A stretch of 63,704 nt of DNA, filler included, from Octopus bimaculoides (GCF_001194135.2; 3 parts of 3 records of this genome joined end to end with filler, not necessarily neighbours in it); one strand, 5' to 3'; numbered from the whole stretch's first letter, positions 1 to 12,316 are shown. Program-made: numbers and translations. The notes: generated by a model not told the origin, from the sequence alone.

Positions 1-274
1 ATCTATATATATATGTATATACATCTACACATGTGTATACATATACATGTATGCATATAGATCTATATCTATATATATATATATATATATATCTATGCAT
101 ATACGTGTACATATACATTACAGTATCGAAATGTGATTGTTTCAGTTAGTAGAATAGTTTCATTTTTAAAGTGAAAGTATTTGACATGAGTGTTTTTGTT
201 TCACTTTTGACACGTAATACTTAAATAGTGGAGGAGATATTATGTTGCTGTGGGCTCGAACTCTGGAAGAAGTT

Positions 275-410
275 AAAATTTTTTTTGACTAAAACACAAC
301 TGGAACCCTAAGTAAGGCATCTGTAAAATTTGAATGAAATTGGTTGCGTAGTTCTCGAGTTTTAGGGATTCACACAGACAGACAGACATTCTCATTTCTA
401 TATATATAGA
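275..410 (-). mobile_element. Helitron-like non-autonomous element, 5' end
   Basis: Minus strand starts A|TC-TATATATATAGAAATGAGAATGTCTGTCTG...AAACTCGAGAACTACGCAACCAATTTCATTCAAATTTT. The TC start after A plus a CTGT microsatellite and subterminal motif resembles non-autonomous Helitron 5' ends (from recall). The 3' end was not identified. Confidence 0.45.
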
Positions 411-654
411 TAAACAAATGATAAGTAAAAAAACATCTAGCGTATACTGCGTGTACAACCGGACGGGAGACAGACACAGAATGTCCCTAATTCTTCATCA
501 GTTGTCAACCAAATAGTATTACTCAATTTCGCACGATTAATGATAAGAACTTCCAATGGTGGCGGTGCTCGCGAAATTTGCGGAGAATAAAGGGCGAAGT
601 GCAAACAAGACAATACATACAGAGTTGACATACGGAAGTGAATGTGTGCGAAAC

Positions 655-773
655 AGTTTTATTCGGCTCCACATAGGCTCGTCGAAGGAAATTAACTCGT
701 CAGGCTAATAGAAACCGACGAGTTAGGGTCGTTTGAGCCAGCGAAACTTATTGCATGGAGCCGAATAAAACTC
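655..773. repeat. Nested inverted repeat / rod-like hairpin
   Basis: Perfect 17-bp IR AGTTTTATTCGGCTCCA/TGGAGCCGAATAAAACT encloses GGCTC/GAGCC and TAACTCGTC/GACGAGTTA stems. Confidence 0.8.
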
Positions 774-814
774 TTATATCATAGATCTCGCGTATATGTG
801 CATGTATGTATGTA

Positions 815-1170
815 TGTGGCATTCTGTTGGTTATGACGACGAGGGTTCCAGTTGATCCGTTCAATGGCACAGCCTGCTCGTGAAATTAACGTGCAAGTGG
901 CTGAGCACTCCGCAGACACGTGTACCCTTAACGTAATTCCCGGGGAGATTCAGTGTGACAAGGCGGGCCCTTTGAAATACAGGTACAACAGAAACAGGAA
1001 GTAAGAGTGAGAGAAAGTTGTGGTGAAAGAGTACAGCAGTGTTCGCCACCAGCCCCTGCCGGAGCCTCGTGGAAATTTAGGTGTTTTCGCTCAATAAACA
1101 CTCACAACACCCGGTCTGGGAATCGAAACCGCGAGTCCACTGCCCTAACCACTGGGCCATTGTGCTTCTA
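815..1170 (-). mobile_element. SINE family C (tRNA-derived head)
   Basis: Reverse complement has head CAATGGCCCAGTGGTTAGGGCAGTGGACTCGCGGTTTCGATTCCCAGACC (A/B boxes). Its 3' part matches the copies at 6365-6670 and 42195-42515. Confidence 0.85.
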
Positions 1171-2376
1171 CATGCATGTATGTATGTACGTACGTATGTA
1201 TGTATGCATATATGTATTTATGTTGTTATGTACGTACGTATATGTGTATATTGTTGAATGCGTTCATTATTTTTTAAGTGAATAGGGCAGAATCTGATGT
1301 TGATTTGGTTGACGTTTCCATCAAGTAAAGCTACAATTTATCCACTCCCGCGTTGGCTCAATGGATATTAATTCAATAAAATGGCATTTACCACTTCTCG
1401 GCAGATAATAATATCTGTACCTAAATTCACCGTTTCATTGTCCTCGATTGATTCCTTATAATAGTGTTTCTTCAGTATGTTGTCACTGGATTATTTGCTA
1501 AAGTTTGATATTATCGAAGTAAACACTTAGCGCCAAAATTTATACCTGTCAAAGATATGAAAGGTGACTTCAAATAGAATTTATATTGAGGTAGGTGAAT
1601 GTCTTCTATATCTTATTTTCTAAAGATAAGAACGGAAGTAACGAATACTTTGCTAAGAAATGATAAAGGAGAGGATTGCAATTTCTTTAGAGCGTTATCG
1701 AATGTCAATGAAAACATACCTTTAAATATATCCGCACCTTTTCATTTACACATTTTGTTTGGTTTTTATTTCGTTTACATTGAGACATTTAACAAAAGCT
1801 TCGTGTATAGTGTTTGTTTTTTCGGATAATGGAGAGGGTAATGTTATGGAAGGAAGTATATGTAGAGTAGAGAGCGTGTAATTTAATGCAATGAGATTTA
1901 GGTTTTAGTATTCCTCGGTCTCAAACAGCTTTTATGAACTGCCTAAATGATGTATCTTTAATCATTTGGTTACCATCGTTGGCTCTTCTCGCTCGCAATG
2001 CTGTCATATTCTGGCAGAATTTTCTTTTATGAGATAAAAATCTGCTGGGAAATTAACCGGATTTGTTTATTTAGTTACTTATTTTCCAGAAATGGCGTAC
2101 ATTAGAATGCAAAGATTCAACCCTCGTTCAATATTATTATTAATAACATTAAATAGCGGGACCCGTTGGAATATATCCTTTATTGAATTTTCATATTTCT
2201 GTTTTGATGGATACGATTCATAATATTATTATATTAAGTTCAAAATGTTTTCGATATCATTCAAAAGTCTAAGTGCGCTTAAAGAGTTTTAGCATAAAAC
2301 TCGAACATATTTCATACTGAAAATTTAAAAATATGTCATTTTTTTTTTTGCCTTCATGAATTTGCATAATATAATC

Positions 2377-2585
2377 TTTTCTACTCTAGGCAAAGGGCCC
2401 GAAATTTTGTGGGAGGAGCCAGTCGATTATACGGACCTCAGTATGTAACTGGTACTTAATTTATCGACTCCGAAAGGATGAAAAGCAAAATCGACCTCGG
2501 AGAAATTTGAACTCAGAACGTAGCGGCAGACGAAATACTGCTAACGTTTCCCGGCGTGCTAACGTTTCCGCCAGCTCGCTGCCTT
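2377..2585 (-). mobile_element. SINE family A (tRNA-derived head; central domain resembling Meta/Sauria-SINE domain)
   Basis: Matches the window consensus AAGGCGGCGAGCTGGCAGAAACGTTAGCACG...GAGTTCAAATTCCGCCGAGGTCGACTTTGCCTTTCATCCTTTCGGGGTCGATAAATTAAGTACCAG. The domain name is from recall. Confidence 0.85.
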
Positions 2586-2610
2586 AATTTGCTTAGTATA
2601 ATGAAAGTAT

Positions 2611-2823
2611 AAGGTGCCGAACTGGCAGAATGGTTAGCAGGCTGGGGAAAATGCTTAGAGACATTTCGTCTGTCTTTACGTTCTGAGTTCAAACTCTGCT
2701 GAGGTTGGCTTTGCTTTTCATCCTTTCGGGGTCAATAAAATAAGTACCAGTTGAACACCGGGTTGATGTAATCCAGTTACCCACTGTCTAGAACTTACTG
2801 GCCTTGTGTCAAAATTTGAAATC
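2611..2823 (+). mobile_element. SINE family A
   Basis: Diverged full-length copy, head-to-head with 2377-2585. Confidence 0.85.
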
Positions 2824-4494
2824 AGCATAAGCAATCAGATTTGAAATCAAATGTTTTTACTTAAGTTAAATACTTCAATTATGTCCTCCATTTCTTTTCA
2901 TAGTTAAGGCATGATTCTGCATAACACAACTGAAGCATTTGTGATTAGGGCGCGCGACCTGCGCCCTGTTGACGTGCATCTCTTTTCAGTGGACGTCTGG
3001 TCCTTTCAAATGAAAGAACAAATGTAAAAGAAAATGGGATGCCATCCATTGTAGCATGATCTCAGAAAGGTTAGCGTGCAAATTTGACCAGCACCCTGTG
3101 ACATGTTTCCAAGCCTCATAGTGGAGCTTGGTTCAATGCAGTGCCGTCACTCACGACAGTACTCGGTTTGATAGCGATTGTCTGCGCGTCGGCGTTTCCG
3201 TGACGCTTGGTCTCTAGATTTGCTAAGAGCATTAGACCCCTTTGTAAGAAAACTATCGAATGTGTACGGCAACAAAGACAAAAAGTATATATAAAGAGAA
3301 ATAACGTAATTATTTTATGAAAGAACGTTACATAAATGATAGAACTCCCTTGAAAATAATTTAGAATAGCTACTGAAAAATGGTTTGAATAAAATTTACA
3401 TGTTTATTAACCTGACAGTTTCAATGTGTCAAGTGTTAACACTGAAGCTAGGAATCGTTGCCCTGAATCAAAAGCAATCGACAAATTGCTGCAAATATTC
3501 CTCTTTGATAACAATTGAATAATTGCAATTGTTGAAATTGATCGAATTATAACATGATGAAGAAGAGGTTTCGACTTTGGGCTAGATTATGAAAGAATTA
3601 TCGTAGATGCTACACGTTTCAGCTTGGATGTGACGATACAAGTACGTGCCTAAAGTCACAATAATGAATGTAATTGTTGCCGTCTTGTTCGTTACTTACA
3701 CGTAAAAGTCTGCTATTGTTGCTATACCGCGGTTTCTTCTTTCCTTCTGGGCATTTACCGTAAAAGATTCAAAGAGCTTCTTGGCTTGATCACTCTACTT
3801 GCTAGATATAATAGCTATATTTTCCCTATGCCATTGTTTATTAGCTTAAAAGAAGAATGACAATGGATTAATGTTGTCCTGTATTCATTGTTCGAAAATA
3901 TGATGGATACAGCAAGAACGTTTTGATCAAAGGTCTGCTTTATCAGAACTGATCTGCGACTAAAAGCAAGGTTAAAATTAAAAACTGATGCTTCATATAG
4001 TATAAATGTTTGTAGGTGTATATTGATATATCAGTTCAATTATTAACGAAAATATATTTGGTTTCTGATGCCTGGAAAATGCTGTTTCTGTTGTATTTGT
4101 GATAAATTAGCGATAATTAAAGTTGTGTAGCAGTATCTGTGGAAATGGAAGAACTCATGATTGTGAGGTTTACTGCTTATATGTGTATATACAAAGTATA
4201 GGAGGCTAGTTCACAGGTGATCTAAACTATTAGGTACGCTAGGTAAGTGCTGTAAAGTATTACTGAAGCTCCAAGGTTATAGCCGAGACGGTAGTTATGG
4301 AGCCATTGTAGATTTCCGATGCAGCGAATTGCAACTAAAGACTTACGCTCATGGATCTACGCAGGATTGCACCTAAGGACTCACGCTTTGGTTTCTATAA
4401 CTTCGGAAAGTTGAACTATGAACTTTTGTGCTTCTTTTTCTTCTCTCTTTCCATCTCCTTATTCTTTTACTCCCTTCTTCTACGCAGACACAAG

Positions 4495-4661
4495 GACACA
4501 CACACATACTACAGACTTCTTTCAGGTTCCGTCTACCAAATCCACTCACAAGGCTTTTGTCAGGCTCGACGCTATTCCAGAAGAGACATGCCCAAGGCAG
4601 TGGGGCTGAACCCTGTGATTGGGAAGCAAAGTTCTTACCACACACCCATGCATGCGCCTAT
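4495..4661 (-). mobile_element. SINE family B, 5' half
   Basis: TTCTTTCAGGTTCCGTCTACCAAATCCACTCACAAGGC...ACCACACACCCATGCATGCGCCTAT matches the B copies at 18183 and 22420. Confidence 0.8.
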
Positions 4662-4875
4662 GAACAACACTTGCACCTTTGAACCAAACCTGTGTCTATG
4701 AGCCACATCTGCACCTATGAACCACATCTGTGCCTATGATTCACATCTACGCTTACGAGTCACATCTGCACCTATGAGTCACATCTGTGCCTATGAGTCA
4801 CATCTGCGCCTGTGAGTCACATCTGCGCCTTTGAGTCACGTCACATCTGTGCCTATGAGTCACATCTGCGCCTAT
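4662..4875. repeat. 19-bp minisatellite, 11 units (consensus GAGTCACATCTGCGCCTAT)
   Basis: Units read directly; one unit carries a 5-bp insertion. Confidence 0.95.
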
Positions 4876-5734
4876 TTTGTTCCGTTTACTTCATTTCTAA
4901 GCGTTTGAATTCCTAGTGCGTAGTTGTGTCCTTTTTAGTGACCAAATGTCGTTTGTGGCACCGAAGTAAGAGATACAAGATTTCATGTATATTTTGAAGT
5001 CTCCATCGCTATTTGATCTTTCTTTCCATATCTAAGTATAGTTTGGAATCAGAAGTGTTTTGTCATGACTTGTAGTTTTCTCTAGAATAATTTCGACGAA
5101 AATGTTATGTTTGACAACGAAGTTCTTTTCTATTTTTATAATCCTACCGTAAAGATATTTTCTAAGACGTTAGTTTTCCATTGCGATAAGTCCATATATA
5201 TATATATATTTTTTAAGTGGTGTTTTTTTTTAACAACTTTTGGCTGTTGTTATGTAGTACATGGATAAATGGTATGCTGGTCATATTTCGTTCAGAATTA
5301 CAAACATGAACAAGAGACAACAGCAACAGTTCCAACATTCTTTGGTTACGTGCTATTATAAGTTAGGGCTAGTTTACGAGAGATTTTGTTTCGTGTCGAC
5401 TGTGTGTTTTGTAGTTTTATTGTTTTTCCCTTCTTCGACGTTCAACTGACCTTTACGTTAATTCTATTTAAGCATTATCTTGTGATTATCGTGGAAATAT
5501 ATGTTAAGCACGACTAGAAGGGTACTTAAAATCCATATTTTTACGTTCTATTTTCTGACCAGTTAAATCTGATTATGTTTCTTTTTCTGTTTAAAGATAT
5601 AAGGCTGTTATTTACGTACGATGCTGGTTCAAATATCCTCTCTATTTGAGCCTTTTTGTATGCTCAATCTGGTATCTGTGGATGACATTTAAACATGTTA
5701 AGTAGAAGCTCTCATGATTTATTAAGGTACGTTA

Positions 5735-6010
5735 ACTAGGTATGACTGCACGGTTACGAAGATCGTCGTTTAGAGTTCAGTCCTAATGCGCGGACTCTCA
5801 GGAAAGTGTTTTCTACTATAAACTTCGAACCATTGACCATAAATGAATAAGTGTATATGGTGAAGGGAAACTGTGTGTAAGCCCGCAGTATATATATAGC
5901 ATGCTTGTTTGTAAGTGCATTATTTGTTTGTGTCAGCCCCCTTTCCATTTCTTGACAACCAATGCTGGTTTGTTTACGTTCGCGTGACATAGCCGTTCGG
6001 CAAAAGATTT
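5735..6010 (+). mobile_element. SINE family B, degenerate
   Basis: GAGTTCAGTCC...AAAGTGTTTTCTACTATA...AAGCCCGCAG...CTTGACAACCAATGCTGGTTTGTTTACGT...GCCGTTCGGCAAAAGA are in B-family order. Confidence 0.6.
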
Positions 6011-6037
6011 TGGGGTATTTTTAAAAGGAACATTAAT

Positions 6038-6269
6038 TTATTTACTGCCCACAAATGGCTACACACAGAGGGGACAAACAAGGACAGACAAACGGATTCA
6101 GTCGATTATATCGACCCCAGTGCGTAACTGGTACTTATTTAATCGACCCCGAAAGGATAAAAAAGGCAAAGTCAACCTCGGCGGAATTTGAACTCAGAAC
6201 GTAGCGGCAGACGAAATACCGCTAAACATTTCGCCCGGCGTGCTAACGTTTCTGCCAGCTCGACGCCTT
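6038..6269 (-). mobile_element. SINE family A (long-tail variant)
   Basis: Near-consensus copy with the GGACAAACAAGGACAGAC tail. Confidence 0.9.
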
Positions 6270-6364
6270 TATTAGTATATATATTGATTAATTTCTACCC
6301 ACCAATATTTCCCCTGTATGACATGTGTGTTTGCGTGCGCGCGGGCCGGGGCTATGCGGGAGGG

Positions 6365-6670
6365 GATGGGAGAAGGTGCGTGGCTTAGTGGTTAGGATAT
6401 TCGGTTCATGGTCATAAGATTGTGAGTTCGATTCACGGCGGCGCGTTGTGTCCTTGAGCAAGATACTTTATTACACGGGGCACCAGTCCACTGTATATCA
6501 AAGGGTCGACCGTGTTACATTCTGTGTCACGATGAATCTCCCCGACAACTACGTTAAGAGTACACGTGTCTGTGGAGTGCTCAGCCACTTGCACGTTAAT
6601 TTCACAAGCAGGCTGTTCCGTTAATCGGATCAACTGGAACCCTCGTCGGCATAACCGGTGGAGTGCCCGT
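6365..6670 (+). mobile_element. SINE sharing the family C 3' tail but with a different head
   Basis: Head GTGGCTTAGTGGTTAGG...GAGTTCGATT, then GCGTTGTGTCCTTGAGCAAGATACTTTAT, then the C-family tail ...GTGGAGTGCTCAGCCACTTGCACGTTAATTTCAC...GGAACCCTCGTC. Confidence 0.75.
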
Positions 6671-6689
6671 TTTTAAATACATACATGCA

Positions 6690-7002
6690 TACTCTTTACT
6701 CTTTTACTTGTTTCAGTCATTTCACTGCGGCCATGCTGGAGCACCGCCTTTAGTCGAGCAAATCTAACCCAGGACTTATACTTTGTAAGCCTAGTACTTA
6801 TTTTATCGGGCTCTTTTGCTGAACCGCTAAGTTACGGGGACGTAAACACACCAGCATCGATTGTCAAGCGACGTTGGGGGGACAAACACAGACACACAAA
6901 CACACACACATATATATGCATATACATATATTTACGACGGGTTTCTTTCAGCTTCCGTCTATCAAATCCACTCTGTACGAGGCTATAGTAAAAGACGCCC
7001 AA
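6690..7002 (-). mobile_element. SINE family B (runs into gap)
   Basis: Tail CTTTTACTTGTTTCAGTCATTTCACTGCGGCCATGCTGGAGCACC, internal CA/TA microsatellite, head truncated by Ns. Confidence 0.9.
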
Positions 7003-7515
7003 NNNNNNNNNNNNNNNNNNNNNNNNNNNNNNNNNNNNNNNNNNNNNNNNNNNNNNNNNNNNNNNNNNNNNNNNNNNNNNNNNNNNNNNNNNNNNNNNNN
7101 NNNNNNNNNNNNNNNNNNNNNNNNNNNNNNNNNNNNNNNNNNNNNNNNNNNNNNNNNNNNNNNNNNNNNNNNNNNNNNNNNNNNNNNNNNNNNNNNNNNN
7201 NNNNNNNNNNNNNNNNNNNNNNNNNNNNNNNNNNNNNNNNNNNNNNNNNNNNNNNNNNNNNNNNNNNNNNNNNNNNNNNNNNNNNNNNNNNNNNNNNNNN
7301 NNNNNNNNNNNNNNNNNNNNNNNNNNNNNNNNNNNNNNNNNNNNNNNNNNNNNNNNNNNNNNNNNNNNNNNNNNNNNNNNNNNNNNNNNNNNNNNNNNNN
7401 NNNNNNNNNNNNNNNNNNNNNNNNNNNNNNNNNNNNNNNNNNNNNNNNNNNNNNNNNNNNNNNNNNNNNNNNNNNNNGTTCTATATATATCCATATAGAT
7501 ATATGTAAATATATA

Positions 7516-7746
7516 CAGGTTTGGGCAAAAGTCACTCAACAGTAAATCAAAACTATTTAATTCCAAGAATTATGTTTAACAACTGAATGAATTTAGTAAT
7601 AACATCTAAATATGAAACATCATGGAAATTGTTCAAACTAAAGTCCTTCTTGAGCGACACATTTTTTCCATTCGAGTCAATACAGAATTTACAGATAGTA
7701 TTTATGGACATTTGATTCACTGTCGGGTGACTTTTGGCCAAGGCTT
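7516..7746. mobile_element. Tc1/mariner-type MITE
   Basis: Imperfect terminal IRs (CAGGTTTGGGCAAAAGTCACTCAACAGTAAATCAAA vs reverse complement of TTTGATTCACTGTCGGGTGACTTTTGGCCAAGGCTT), flanked by TA. Confidence 0.7.
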
Positions 7747-7769
7747 TATACATATATACATTCACACAC

Positions 7770-7804
<35 letters not shown>

Positions 7805-8352
7805 GATATTGATATTTCAACACATCCAAATTTGGCATTTACATTTGTGGAAAAAGAAATATATATATATTTTGTATACGTACACCACGTTAGTCTCTAG
7901 AAAGCAATGTCCTTTTAAAAAAGAAATTCTTGTGTTCTGAAGCCATATTAGAGAAGTCTTTTGCTACAGAATGTTAATGTTCCGTTTAGGAATACCAGAA
8001 TTTGAACTCATAAAACAATTGCTAGCAGTTTAGTAATTAATACGTTTGAATATTTCTCGAAGTCAGCTCAAACACACACACGCGCGCACACACACACGCG
8101 CGCGCGCACATACACGCATACAAGTACTTGCCAACACATATATACTCTATATACTCAGTATATACTCACATACGTGCGAGCGTAAACATACATAGGGACA
8201 CATAACAATGTAGAAGTGGTAACTTATGACCACTCATATATATATATGTATTATGTGAATACATACATACATACATACATACATACATACACATATATAT
8301 ATATATATGTATGTATATATATATGCATATATATAAATATATATATATATGC

Positions 8353-8395
<43 letters not shown>

Positions 8396-8399
8396 TGTG

Positions 8400-8453
<54 letters not shown>

Positions 8454-9516
8454 GGCATATATAACAGCATATGTGCACGTAATGTTTTACGTACATGTAA
8501 ATGTATGTATACATACATACGTGTATACACAGATATGTCTGTTTGTGTGTGTGTGTGTCTCTGAATGTGTGTATATGTGTGCGTGTTTATATANNNNNNN
8601 NNNNNNNNNNNNNNNNNNNNNNNNNNNNNNNNNNNNNNNNNNNNNNNNNNNNNNNNNNNNNNNNNNNNNNNNNNNNNNNNNNNNNNNNNNNNNNNNNNNN
8701 NNNNNNNNNNNNNNNNNNNNNNNNNNNNNNNNNNNNNNNNNNNNNNNNNNNNNNNNNNNNNNNNNNNNNNNNNNNNNNNNNNNNNNNNNNNNNNNNNNNN
8801 NNNNNNNNNNNNNNNNNNNNNNNNNNNNNNNNNNNNNNNNNNNNNNNNNNNNNNNNNNNNNNNNNNNNNNNNNNNNNNNNNNNNNNNNNNNNNNNNNNNN
8901 NNNNNNNNNNNNNNNNNNNNNNNNNNNNNNNNNNNNNNNNNNNNNNNNNNNNNNNNNNNNNNNNNNNNNNNNNNNNNNNNNNNNNNNNNNNNNNNNNNNN
9001 NNNNNNNNNNNNNNNNNNNNNNNNNNNNNNNNNNNNNNNNNNNNNNNNNNNNNNNNNNNNNNNNNNNNNNNNNNNNNNNNNNNNNNNNNNNNNNNNNNNN
9101 NNNNNNNNNNNNNNNNNNNNNNNNNNNNNNNNNNNNNNNNNNNNNNNNNNNNNNNNNNNNNNNNNNNNNNNNNNNNNNNNNNNNNNNNNNNNNNNNNNNN
9201 NNNNNNNNNNNNNNNNNNNNNNNNNNNNNNNNNNNNNNNNNNNNNNNNNNNNNNNNNNNNNNNNNNNNNNNNNNNNNNNNNNNNNNNNNNNNNNNNNNNN
9301 NNNNNNNNNNNNNNNNNNNNNNNNNNNNNNNNNNNNNNNNNNNNNNNNNNNNNNNNNNNNNNNNNNNNNNNNNNNNNNNNNNNNNNNNNNNNNNNNNNNN
9401 NNNNNNNNNNNNNNNNNNNNNNNNNNNNNNNNNNNNNNNNNNNNNNNNNNNNNNNNNNNNNNNNNNNNNNNNNNNNNNNNNNNNNNNNNNNNNNNNNNNN
9501 NNNNNNNNNNNNNNNN

Positions 9517-9551
<35 letters not shown>

Positions 9552-11014
9552 ATGTATGTATGTATATATGTACGTATGCATGCATGTATGTGTGTATGTA
9601 TAAATATGTTCACACACATACTTTTGTACTTATAATTGATGTATATACATACGTACATTTTAATATAGACATACGTATTTACAAGGTAGTCTACAGCTGT
9701 ATACTTATGTAAAGGCATATATTTGGTGAGACATATACACATACACACACGTATAATCACGAATGTTTGTATGTGTGAGTGTGCGTGTATGTGTGTGTGT
9801 ATTTGTGTGCTTATTAATTTATGTTTGTGTTTTTATATAAACATGTTTATAAATTTATATCTGTATGTGTATTTATACCTTGCAACACACACATATGGAC
9901 ATACAAATATGTACGTATGTATATATATATATATATATGTATTTATGTATAAACATAAATGTGTCCATGAATATTATTGGAATAAACACATACACGTACA
10001 AATGTCGTACACTTCCTGCTTTGAACATTTTAGAAACAAACAGAAGTGGTTAATCACTTGACCATATCTATCTTGTCTAGATTCATTTGCTTATTCCTCT
10101 TCAACGGTCATAGCCTGATTGCCAAATAGCCTGACCTCGTCTTAGAAAACCTTTCATTTCAGTGCCCTTTCACACCGCAAACCATCGATAAATGATCAGA
10201 AAGTTGGCTGAAAGTAACGCTTGTGTTACCTACATTAATGTTTTGTCTCCGCTACTTCATCCGCCACTAAATCCTTTAAATACGATCGTATTAAACTGTT
10301 CCACATTTTTGTCATTGGCTTTAAAAGCAGTTTATATATGTATACCGGTTTGTGGTACGTCCGTCCGTCCATCATTTACTATTCAGAATACAAATATATG
10401 TATACATACATACATACATACATACACGCACACACACAAGTATGTATATATATATGTATATATATGTATATATATAGAGATAGGTTTGGTAATGCAAACA
10501 GGAAAATTAGAGCTGAAAATATGAGTATATACATATTTTCTTTTTAATTAATATTTGACCGAAACAACAGGGTAACTCTCGGCCCATGAATGACTCTGTT
10601 GCTTCTTCAAAATATTAATATAGACATATTATTATAATCGTTGATGTAGTTGTTGTTATCTAGCTTGTAACGCTGATGTGATTACAATTTTTTGTCTCAA
10701 AAATCGTTTAGGTGTTGCCATTTAACCCAAGCCTAAGCCTGTTCTAGTCGCTTTGTTCCTGTTAGATATATTGTATACAGACTTACAAACGTAAACGTGT
10801 TTATTCTAAAAACAGAAAACTACGGTATGAAGGTAATTTGGCTCTAGTTAAATTGACTTCTCGTAGTCAAGCAACCGTTTAAAGACATCTACATGAGCTC
10901 GCGTAGCATTACTACAAAGTCATGTTGTTTGTCCAGTTAGAAATCGTAGTTATAAGGTACTTTTTTAAAAAGGCAATGGAAATACGCGTATCAAAAATAA
11001 AGTCTTTTTTTTAC

Positions 11015-11210
11015 AATATGCATATGACCTGAAATTTCGGAAGAGGGGGTCTAGTCGATGATATAGATCCCCGTGCTCAACTGAAACTTACTTCATCGAC
11101 CCAGAAAAGATGAAAAGTAAAGTCGACATCGGTGGAATTAGAACACAGAACGTAGAGCCGGAAGAAATGCCGCTCAGTATTTTGTCTGGTTTGCTAGCGA
11201 TTGTGCCTTA
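11015..11210 (-). mobile_element. SINE family A, degenerate
   Basis: ATCGACCCAGAAAAGATGAAAAGTAAAGTCGACATCGGTGGAATTAGAACACAGAACGT core. Confidence 0.75.
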
Positions 11211-12316
11211 GACGTATCCAAAATATTATAGTTCAAGAAACGCTGTATCATACATAAAAGAGATCAGTATGATCTCGGTTTCAACATCTTTTATAAAAGG
11301 ACAGTTCAGTAAGATCGGATCGATTATCATTGTCTTTGATTAAGATGTAATTATATCCAGGAGTCTGGTATCATAGATACATATGTCTCCCGCCATTTGT
11401 GAGTCAGTGAGGTGTGACATGATGAATATTTGCCTGTAGTTGTTAATAAATCAGGCAACCACATAGAGACCTTCCTTTGACTGGGCATATCTTTTGTTGT
11501 TGAATTTTGTAGGTTTTCGAAAGATCCTTGGGAAAACAACGTCAGCTGTTGCGTTATATTTCTAAAGTTCATTTGCTATGTAAACAGCGGTTTTATTTTC
11601 ATGCAGGCGTCTTAGTAATGAGCAGAAATATCCTTACAAAAATAATTCAGTCGCTGTGTTTTACCAGTGCAAATAGGTAGAAGATTCATATAATGTTGTA
11701 TACCAAAAACCGACAAGTATTTATAATCTATTGGTACAGTAATTGGGAATGGCGTGTTCCACAAATATTTGGGTCCTTAGAGTATCACAGCAGAAATTAT
11801 CATTATCACGCCGTATATCTTGAATGCAAAGTATTCCTATGCAGCGGCGACGGGAAGGTGTGAATTCATTGACGTTTACCGTTCAGGACAGAAGATCAGC
11901 GTAAAGCGTAAAGTTAATTAACGCATACGAAAGAATAAGTGGTATGCAATTAGCTTCATGAGCTGTTTCGTCTACATAGGGAATGTGCACAGCTCAGTGC
12001 TAGTGCGGCATCGTATCACTTATTCAGAGCCATTTCATCAGATGCATTCTTACTGTAACAAGTCGTAGCACTTCTGCCACGGAGCAGACTCACGAAAGAC
12101 ATCATCTACATAAACGTTAAATATTCTTTGTAGTTAGTCTAGCGTTTTATCGATTTATATATATACGGATACATATACACTCACATAAACATTTCTAAAA
12201 GTAGACTGAAAAATGTGGCACTGAGAGCTAATATAGGGTCTTTATTTATATTAAATGAATTCGTTTTTTACATTATTTACAGTTGACGAATATTTGTCCT
12301 CATCTTGTTTGTTGTT

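Noticed and set aside
2989-3027. VDVWSFQ resembling kinase subdomain IX (DVWSFG) after an AG acceptor
   Set aside because: The conserved Gly is missing, a stop follows quickly, and no other kinase exons are seen.
3690-3800. Minus-strand open stretch SDQAKKLFESFTVNAQKERRNRGIATIADFY ending at GTAAGT
   Set aside because: There is no polypyrimidine acceptor and no recognisable protein family.
6832-9760. Long ORFs in the track (also 17046, 35183, 36324, 44117, 49465, 52774 and others)
   Set aside because: They are long only because N gaps lack stop codons; their flanks are YI/CV/HT dipeptide microsatellite translations.
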